Assembly (NCBI RefSeq): GCF_000143415.4
Contig: NW_003314266.1
Span: 3,165,923 to 3,229,922, forward strand
From: Selaginella moellendorffii
Lineage: Eukaryota; Plantae; Lycopodiophyta
Direction of reading: 5' to 3'
DNA: 64,000 bases
Shown here: positions 25,150-34,730 of the stretch, piece after piece
How the letters are laid out: each line of letters starts with the position of its first letter
Position numbering within the stretch: position 1 is the stretch's first letter
Made by a program: the position numbers and the translations under genes
The notes under the pieces: generated by a model
Databases searched by the model: none
Seen by the model: only the letters and a program-made list of their open reading frames with translations
What the model was told of the DNA's origin: nothing

Positions 25150-28100
25150 TTACCTCCTAGAAGCAATTGATAGAGAAGGACAAAAACCTCGAAGACAGCG
25201 CTTGAAGAACTCATATTCTTCAATCGCAAACACCGATCTACCAGAGTCACGTGTTGCTTCGACCATCGAACCACTACCTGCTGTGCAATCGATGACAACA
25301 CCCCTAGTTGGGCAATAAAGCACAAGTAGGATATGCATCGCCGATGGAGATCGGAACCGATACCTAGACAATGTGTTGTGGATGTTGTCGTCTACGAGAT
25401 TTGTTATGATGTCAGTAAAGCTATCATACCCTGGCAAAACCCTTGTAGCACACTCGCTATCACGAAAACCGTCATTTTCTCTTCTGCAGAACACATGGTA
25501 GGTCCACATCATAACCTGAATAATAAAACTTTAGAGACAACCAAAACAGAAGATGATTTCTTACCTTCTCTGGCGTCTTTGGTCTCGACCCCAACACTAT
25601 CCAAGATGCATCCGGAAGAGAACCTCTTGAAGTTGACTCGACTTGCATACCTCATAAAGTAGGACATCCAATGGGGGTCATTTGGGAGAATGAAGGCAAC
25701 TTGACCGGTTGTGTGAAGGAGAATTGCTGCCAAAAGGAATGCATCCTTCAAGTGGTTTTTAGTCAGGTTGTTCCAGTTTGGGACATCACCATTAGCGACT
25801 GGAAGACCATCTGGCATGTCAAAGAGCATGAAGTTTGTGCTCTTGAGCGGTCGCCTATGGATCTTCTGACAAAAGCGCTCCCACTTTTGCCGGATAGCCA
25901 TATTCTCAACATCCTCTTCAAAAGGTGCCATCAATGAACTATAGGAGCCAATAAAGATCCCAACTTCACCACGGAATGCCACTAGAGATACAGGGCGAAT
26001 CTAGGGGAGAACACAAAGATAAGATGTGAATTTAAGAAAAATTTACATACTGTCATGTGGCATGTGGTAGATGTAAGTTCCTCCAGGTCCTCTTCTCGAG
26101 CATCAAGACGAGCTGGAATGAAGTTACTCCCGACAATTTTTGCTACAACCATTTTGAGGAACTAAGAAAAGGAGAGAATTAAGAGAAATATACCTCAAGA
26201 AGTTCCTCGGTTACGGGGAAGTCTTGGACGATCATCATCACTATTGACTAATTCCTCCAGATGTGGATTTGCACGCTTTCGTCAAGGTAGAACTTCTTAG
26301 ACGTTCTGGTTCTCTTGCTGGACTTCGTTTGGAGGAATTTCTTGCAAGTCGTCACCGCCGTCTTCACTCTCCTCACCATTGGCACCAACAGTGTCGACAT
26401 TCTCATAGCCATCATCTTCGTCATCCGGCACGTCCTCATTGTTGCCTCTTGCAGCCTCTTGGTGGGTTGGTGTATAATCTAGCATCTCCAATTCCCAAGG
26501 ACAAGCTCACTTTATTGCTGCTGAAAACTTCATTGTTGTCGGGTACATGCCTCCATCTCTCACACCATGCCTTAGGAGTCGTGTGCATACCGGTGTTTCG
26601 AGAGGAACACCTCTATATTAGAGATACCTATAATAGAATATAAACAAATTGAGTATAGTTGAGAAATTGTATGTTACCTAAAAGCCGCTTGACGCATGAA
26701 GTAAAGTTGGCCAAGTTGTTTATCAAATGGAGTCATGCTTGTGGCCTTCTTTGGTAGCCAGTCCTCTCTGAGTTTTGTAAGCTCAGTGGTGATGAAGTCC
26801 TTGAATGGAAGTTGCTCAGGATCATCCCCTATGAAAGGCGCTAGAAACATCTCCCCTTCATATACAGTTTGTAAAATGTAGACGGTCCTCCTCATCATAG
26901 TCTCCATCATACTGTCCAAACCTTTTTCTCCTTCCCTGAGTTTGCTATTGAGGTCATTCAGGATGTGTATCTGTTCCTCATATGTAAGCTTTGACTTTGA
27001 GATGTTGTAAATAATCTCATTTGGAGTCTTGCCCACTAAGAAATAACTTTTGTGAGTAACTTTCATGTAAACGCAAACAATACTTACTTTCATGACAAGC
27101 AATCTCTGTTATAATATCAAACCACTCCTTTGGGCGTTGAGGGTCAGCCACACTAAGTAATTTCTTTACCTTTGTCTTCTTTGTGTTGTTGATTTTCTTG
27201 TCAATTGCAGCTAAATGCTCCAAGAGTTCTTGATCATTTTCAGCTCGATGCGACTGTGCATATGCATCTTGCTTAACCTTCACCAATGGCTGAAGACAAC
27301 ACAAACATTCTATGATAAGAAGTATACTTGGAAGAACATACCTTACTCCACACAGCTGTCATAAAAGCCACTAGATTCTTGTACCATCTATTGGCATCTT
27401 GACGACCTCGTTGATGCCGAATAAGTGATGCTAAATCATCACCATAGTGGCTGCGGACTGCATCCTCATCGAGATTGGCAAGAAACCGGATCTTCTCGAT
27501 ATCATGTACTAGGCTTTGTTTCTGCATTGCAAACTGTCCCAACCTGCAAAACACAAATTGTTAAAAGTGATTGAAGAAGGAGAGGTACTTACGCATTAAT
27601 TTTGTGGCAAGCTATTATAAGCCTTGCCACATCTAGAGATCCTCTCACATGTACATGTCCAACCGGAACATTGATGTGATAGACAGGATCGTCTTGGAAG
27701 CATTCATTGATGCACTTCATCCACACACACCAGCGACGATTCCCGTTGATAATGTAGAACATTTTCCCCACAAATTGTTGAGTCTCAGGATGGCTCATAA
27801 GCATGTTGTCAAATTCATGGGACTTCATTTTCCAAATCTCATCCCAAACCCTCTCGATTTCCGGTGATACCGAGAGGGTATTTGTCGTTCCTGGCTTGAA
27901 GACCAAAACAAGGAACATACCTATATTTGTCCCAAGGCCATTCTGTTTGGACAGACTATAGATGTCCATGTTGACGAAGTGCGGTGAAGCAGACCAAATG
28001 ATGCTTGTCTGAGTGAATTGACATAGTGGGATTTCTCGGATCATGTCTCCCAAGCCTTCCCACTTGAGAGACTCTAGAGTTGTGTGAATGGCCTTCTCTT

Positions 28101-28599
28101 TAGTTCTCAAAATTGTCTCTTGGAAGCGCTTGTCGATAATGTGTTCAGGTAGCTCCACTTCTCTTTCAACTTCAGCTACACCTCCAGTAGCACCATTATC
28201 AGATCTAGCCCCTAGCTCGGGCCTAACACCCCCGTCAGGCGCACTTGGGCACTGCTCTGTAATATAGCTAGTTTCTGCCATATTTTGCGAACATGTTAAG
28301 ATAAGTGACATTTGTGGTTGTGGATGCAATGGTAGTGATGTTGCTGGTGGTGATGATGGTGGCGGCGGTGGTGGTAATAATGGCAATGATGGCGGTGGTG
28401 GTAATGGTGGTGATGATGGTGGAAGTGGCAATGGTGGTGAAGGTGGTGGTGGTGGCATTGATGGCAGTGGTGGCAAAAATGGGGGTGCATGTGGACTGGA
28501 GCTATCTGGTTGCGAAGGCGGAAGAGTTGTCGCTGTGGAAATCTCTATCTGAAGGTCAACTTGATTGTCGTCCTGAATCTCATACCTAACTTTCATCAC
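25150..28599 (-). pseudogene. Spliced gene for a ParB/Srx-like domain fused to a beta-class N6-adenine/N4-cytosine DNA methyltransferase-like domain (disrupted)
   Basis: GT-AG introns at 27592-27544, 27341-27290, 27087-27036, 26677-26628, ~26193-26162, 26050-26001 and 25564-25516 join the ORF-track pieces. The N-part has the ParB-type motif FYIINGNRRW (~27756-27733). The C-part has a motif-IV-like FMLFDMPDG (25820-25806) followed by RSPSAMHILLVLYCPTRGVVIDCTAGSGSMVEATRDSGRSVFAIE, which matches motif X-I-II of the N6_N4_Mtase family. Premature stops and at least two frameshifts. Start codon uncertain. Confidence 0.8.
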
Positions 28600-29595
28600 A
28601 ACCGTTCATCATGGATGCAGTAAATCTTCATTACATTCTGCAAATATTTGCTAGCAATGTACAATTTCTATTTCATCCTAGATTTGATCACGTGACAAAG
28701 TCCTTTTGAGTTGTAATTTAATAATGGAGGTGTGCTCTAATATGACTATGCCATAATGTGGAAATAATGTCACAGACGCATGTGTTGAATTTATCACAGT
28801 ACGAAATTATAAATGAGAATTATGTGTTTCTTGCAAGTAATAGCATCTTGTCAGAAAATATAAGATTATTAAATTGTAAGGTGTTATTTCCAAAGCAATG
28901 TATATAGATAATTTACTGTAGGTGATAGATGGTAGTACAAAGATGGAATATATTTAAATGAGTTCAGAAGAATGTGATGATTTCTGGCATTAATGAAGTA
29001 CTAAAAATATGTACATTGTTTGGCAACAGTTGGTCGATGGTAGATCCTAGAATAAAATCATTCCTATATTTCATATTATGGCACATGCTTGAGGTGATAT
29101 TTCTTTCTGTTCTACCAAAAGTTAGTCCATATAATAAATTTGAGCATGTTTTTGAATTCAATGTATACAGACTTTTAATATTGTACAACATAGTCCTATA
29201 TACTTCATACAGAATTTATTATAACAACATTATTCGATGTTAGATCCTCGAATAAAATCGCCCTTTCTTTTCACATAATGGCATAGCATATGTTTGAGGT
29301 GACATTTCTTTATAAAAGTTCAAAGTTCCAAAACCTAAAGGCAACAAAATGGAGAGTTTCCTTTTGCATTCACCCACCGCTTTCTTTCTCCTAAAGTCTT
29401 ATTTCAGAAAGTTTTCTTTGCCGACGTTTCGATCTTTCTTTTTTTTCTATTTCATTGGAGGCTGTGATTCGCAACAACATTGGTGTAGTTGAATGATCAG
29501 AATTTCTTCTTTCGGGTGTAGGTGAAGGTGGACAACATTGGGATTTGCAACATTCCAAGTCGAAGGAGATTTGAGTTTTTGGATCTCCAATCAAA

Positions 29596-31185
29596 GTGCA
29601 AGGTTGCAATCCTGCCAAAGTGAATGTGAAGCAAGAGTCGGTCGTTATCATTTCTTCCTCTTCTAGTTCTAGTGGAGATTTTAGTCCAGTGCAAGCCAAG
29701 AATTTCCAAACTCCAACTTCACCGATATTCAAAGTTGTTTGCAATGCTTTCCAGTTTTCCCGCCTCTCTATCGACATGTGTTCCTTTCTACATAGCCCCG
29801 TTAGCGAGCTCCCATCTACATACAATGGCAATATCTTCTTTGAACTACCACCTCTTGTCAACTCAAAATGAAAGGGGATGGAAACGAAGTAGGACGTCCA
29901 CAACTGGTGCAAGATCAAGACCACACATTTCCAGCATTTCGAAGGCACAGTGTCCATGGTTCATTGTGGTGGATATTTGGATTGTGTGAATAAAGCATGC
30001 AATCGAGAGCGCAGTAAAAACTCCACATTTTTTGAAGGATCTGCAACCAATCCTTCCATCTGTGATACCATTGGTGTTGGATTCAAGTGTCAGTTTTACA
30101 AGAATGCTCCATTGTGTCGTGCCATCTACGGGGCCAAGATGTACTATTTTCTTCCACGGGATGGAGAGGCTAGTAGAGTTGCAGTATATATTAGCACGCA
30201 CACACATCCAATGCAAGAAGGGATACAAAGGAGTTTAGTCAACCGTTTCAAAGATGCAGTGCAGATAGAAACTATGAGAAATTCATCTGCAACTCTGAAG
30301 CATATTCAAAAGACAATGCTCAAGGATTTTATCACAAGCACTTTATTTGATCCGGACTACAAGAATACTCAACTGGATGAGACTAGTTTGCAGGAGTTAC
30401 TACGACATGTGCAACCTGCAACTAGCCTCAGAAGGTATGAAAATATTATTACATACTTTTTAATAATATCTCTCTTACATTTTGTTTTATTTAGGATAAA
30501 GTCTTGGATGTGTGAATCTCGAGAGGGGAAACTCCAATAATAAATCGACTCAATCCTTGAACTAAAACAGACTTGTCCTTACGAGTTTATCCATGGGAGT
30601 TTATTTCCAGATCAAGTCGTTAGTGAGCAAGAGCGCCCCTTTATTTTCAAAATATCTACCATGGGCCCCGCCTTTGGTGTGGATCTTGTTTCCCGAATGG
30701 ATATATCTGGGTCGAGTGACCTTGCTAATGCATGGGTACATTTTGACCATATGGAGTGGGTGGCAGGTTGGACAACCATGGGAGCTCATGTGTATGATTC
30801 GAGGTAGTTTTTTTTCTCATTATCTTAAAATGGTTTTAAGCATTACCTTTTTCAAAGACTACGTTGTAACTTGACAATTGCAACAACAGAGTTTAAAGTA
30901 CAAGACCAGATGGCTCAAGAAATATTTTGGAAATCCCTCTCCAACATTCTATTGAAGCGGACTGGTAAGCTTGCCAACTTTCGCAGTTTCATGGCAGATG
31001 GGGCTGGGGCTAATTGGAATGGTATCCAAACAGTCTTTGGGAATAATCAACCCCTAGAAGGTCGTGAGAGTATTTGTAAGTTCCATTGGGCTTAGAGCCT
31101 AAACCAACACTACCACCTTATCAAGCCAGATTTCCAATTAACATTTAAAAAGTTGTGCAAACAATGGCAAGCTACACCTATGATA
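29596..31185 (+). mobile_element. Mutator-like (MULE) DDE transposase pseudogene with N-terminal GCM/WRKY-like zinc domain, 3'-truncated
   Basis: One frame from 29596 with C>T-type stops. Cys/His domain CGGYLDCVNKAC...C..C...THTH. Introns at 30435-30494 and 30804-30857. Catalytic core WVHFDH...GWTTMGAHVYD...FMADGAGANWNGIQTVFG...SICKFHWA, i.e. the first two Asp plus the CxxH signature of Mutator transposases. Cut off by an LTR element at ~31180. Confidence 0.8.
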
Positions 31186-33290
31186 TTACTACTATAAGGA
31201 CTTCATCAAATTGACTATTATTGATGTTCTTGAAGGACAGAGGAAAGGTTGAGCCAATATGAGAAGCAATAGCAAGAGGTGAGAGAGCACCAGTTAAGGA
31301 GCACCAAGTAAATCTGTACAATTCCTCCATCAGATTATCACTTCCAATTACAAGGTTCCTGGACTCTTCCCTGCCTAGGGTCACGACCATTGGGGACAAA
31401 GGGAAAAAACAGTTGATCATCATATGTAAGGAAGTGAAGTGAAGAAGAAGAATAAAGGATGCCTCAACAAAGAGTTCCTGCTCTAGATCGTGTGAACAAG
31501 CGGCTTCGAGTATGAAGGGAAGAAAGAGAGCGTCGTCAAGCCACCATCACTGTGGGCAGCGGTTTTACCTTAGAACAAACTCCTAGACATTCCCTGGGGT
31601 GTTTTCACTGGTGCACTGCCCAAACCCATTCTTCAATAAACCTACAGAGTTCGAGCGAGGAGAGCCGAACCAAGTACCACAATTGAACAATTGGGACTAG
31701 ACAGCAGCACGATCATTTAGTTAAAATCTTGCTGGATTCCGAGCGGGAGGAGCAAATCCGACGCCAGCAGGACGAGCGGGCAGCCTGCTACGCACGACAT
31801 CAGGCGCTTTCTACGCCACTTTTGTCTCCTCGCGTAAGACCCTCATCACCAAGCGAGGAGCCTTCTTCCCCACCAGATCTTGACGAGGAAGCTTAGGGCG
31901 AGTACCAATTGTCCCCACCACCAGCCCCTCCCCCACTCATCTCCGTTTCTACTCCTCCAAGAATGAGCGGCGCTGGTGGATCCTGAGGTGGACCACCACT
32001 GCTGCCGCCACCAATTCCTCCTCTGCCAGGACAGCATTTTACACGCATGAGGTATCCTTCTTTCTCGCCCATTGCGGGCGACGATGCAGACGCACATCCC
32101 AATTCCTTTGAGACTGTTGGCATTGCCAATCAAGAAGCCGATGAAGCCGATCCCCTTCGGTTCTTCCCTGCTACACTCCAGGACGCTGCTCTGGAGTGGT
32201 ATCTCCAAGCCCAGCATTCTGCACCAGCCAGTATTGCGACCTGGGACCTGCTTCGATCAGCCTTTCTCGCTGCTTTCCAACCCGTGGGATTCGCACAGCG
32301 AGTTAGTGAGGAACTTAACTACATTCGATTGCTGCCAAACGAAAGCTTACAAAGTTTATCATCCGGTTTCGGCGGCTAGTCGCTAAAAAGGACCCTCCTA
32401 TCAGGTTCGCTTCTTCACGAACGGCCTGCCTCCCGAATTGGCTTTCTTCACGAAGGGCCAGACCCCCACCACACTTGCTGAGGCTATTTCCACAGCTTCC
32501 AGTTGGGAGCAAGCCCATGTGAGCATGGCTCGCTTCCAGCAGCCTTTCTACTCCGTTCCTTCAGTGCTTGTGGTCCTCCAGTGATCCCGCCAACCTTTCC
32601 CTCCCTGCAAACATCAGCAGCATCACAGCCATATTCTTTGCTCACTGACCCAGCGACTTTACCTTTTCCTGGAAGTGTTGAGTACAGTTGCCTCCAGCAG
32701 CCTGTACTTCCTGCCACAGTTACTTCCTTTTCAGCTCTGCCACAGTCGCAAGAAATTTCCAAAGTACGTGATGACTTGGAAACACTCACCAAGAAAATGT
32801 TCAAGCTTCAGCTTAACTGGATTCAAGGAGTCCAAACACTACCTCAGCCTTTTACTGAACGTGAGAATATTTGGTGTACTCGTTGCAAGGGATATAGACA
32901 TTATCCCAGCGAATGCCCAAGCCCTACACCAGCTCGAGTTAAGTGACAGCACTGCAGATGAAATAATCACAGATCAGAGCACTGCATATATAAACCCCGT
33001 ACCTCAGCTCAGCCAGCATGTTCCACTGCCCCAAGAAATGACCCAGTGATCGACACACAAGTCGTCCAGCCCTGCTATGGCATGATTCATGCCCTCACCG
33101 TGGCCCATGCAGCTCCAACTGCACACGCAATGGCACCCAATTCCTCCCTACGGCTACTCAAACGCCAAGCATGGCATCTAGCTGCAACACCACAGCCCAC
33201 CCATGCTGCTCCTGCCTTTGCTCCAAGCGCGTACCCTAACGTTGCTCCAAGACCCGCAATCCAGTTTCTCTCCACCCTTGCGAGACCCTA
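31180..33290 (+). mobile_element. Truncated Ty3/gypsy (Tat/Athila-like) LTR plus gag fragment
   Basis: Probable LTR ending ..TTTTCA near 31607, followed by PBS-like TGGTGCACTGCC. gag motifs LQDAALEWY and TWDLLRSAFLAAFQP; zinc knuckle WCTRCKGYRHYPSEC. Confidence 0.75.
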
Positions 33291-34730
33291 ATTCTGGAAA
33301 TGCCACCTCATTCAGCCACGCTTCACCCAGCGATCAAGAGGATTCAGTTAGCACCGACAAGAAAAAGAAATATCGCCATGTTCTCAATCTGGAGACACGT
33401 CCGTACGCCCATTCTTCTTGTCTTCACTCTATAGGCACTAAATTTAAAATTTAAAGTTTTTGCTTACCTAAACATTGCATCGCCAATTAGTGTAAGGCAG
33501 GGAATGTGAAGCTGGCATTTTGCATTGCCAACTAATATAGAAGTGGAAGTAAGCATCACAAAAAACAAAATTTACCTGAGATTCTGGTTTGACAAGAGAG
33601 TGATTTATCTCTGATTTTGGCTCGACCAACTTTGTACCCTCAGAATTTTCAACCTTGCCCCCACAATCCTGTTAAAAAAAAGGATCACAAGTAATAAGAG
33701 TAATTTACCTGCGACTTGAGCAGCACCATCTCTGTTATGCCCTGAGAATGCATTATGTCACATACGGCCGCATCCTTGGCCACCATGTCCTGGACACCAA
33801 GCGTGTCCCAAAGACCATCGTCAAAGAGTGCCTTAGCAGGGACAAGCTTGGCACCAGACCCACTCGGCAGCACGTCACGTAGAGCATCTTCGGAGAAAAA
33901 GAGGCCCATCTTTCTATTGACGCCAATGCCGCGGAGATCCACCACACCGCACTTTCTGATCCCGATCGCGTCCACAGCGTTCAGCTCCTTGACAGGATCC
34001 TGTCTGCGGTCACGAGACGCCTGGATGACCTTCCTGGCCGACATTGTCATTGGCATGCCCCGGTAGTCCTCGTAGTTGACAACCCAGTCCAGAGCTCCAT
34101 ACTCCAATGCCTTGGTGGGAACCGCCAGAAGGATGTAGCCGGTGGAGACCCGATTTCGCCAGATGGAATCCGCTTCCTTATAGACGAGGACTTGTTTAGC
34201 ATCGAGCTTTCCTAGAGTTTCATCGATCACGAATTGCGCAGGAGGGCCTTGCCACCGCAGGCCGAGCTCGAATGTGGAGATGCAGCCCACGGCTTCGATG
34301 CTCCTGATCTGGCATGGTTCCAGCGGCGTCATTGAAGGCTCCATCTCGTTGTCATACACGTAGGCTGGAATGCTCCAAGGCGCTCCCCAGTAAAGGGCAT
34401 TTGCGTGTGTACGACGCTTCTTGGGACAGATGTTTCCATGAGCGTAGCTCAGGTGATCGAGCAACGTCGTGTCGGGGCAGCCATATGCAGTGAACTCCCG
34501 GTTGTAGCAGATATCGGAGAAGAGGAACAAGGAGGTGGTGGTGTTATCATAGACGAGCTTGAGAGGAGGAGCAGGAGTACGAACACGAGCACGAGCTCGG
34601 ACTCGAGCTTCCGCGAGTGTGCTGCATCCGCGGGCAGATCCACCGATAACTCCTGCGCCCACAAGCTAAAATGTCAGCCGAGGTCTTGCGCTCTTCTACT
34701 CACTCACCTAACAGCCGCCGCCACACCATG
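33290..34730 (-). CDS. Uncharacterised multi-exon gene, 3' end apparently lost
   Basis: GC-rich open frame 34662-33709 with a GT donor after ..MVLLKSQ; exon 33668-33576 (DCGGKVENSEG...KPESQ); further small exons (KCQLHIPC). No domain recognised and the start codon is uncertain. Confidence 0.6.

Noticed and set aside
28296-28589. His-rich and Val/Met-rich ORFs
   Set aside because: Alternative frames of a degenerate (CCA/TGG)n tract. The Pro-rich minus frame continuous with the ParB domain is the plausible one.
25150-28599. Bacterial or phage contamination as the source of the ParB-MTase
   Set aside because: The gene has multiple spliceosomal introns, a paralog with the same intron, and is embedded among plant LTR elements.
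29391-30228. Minus-strand ORFs of 188 and 121 aa
   Set aside because: Antisense shadows of the transposase frame.
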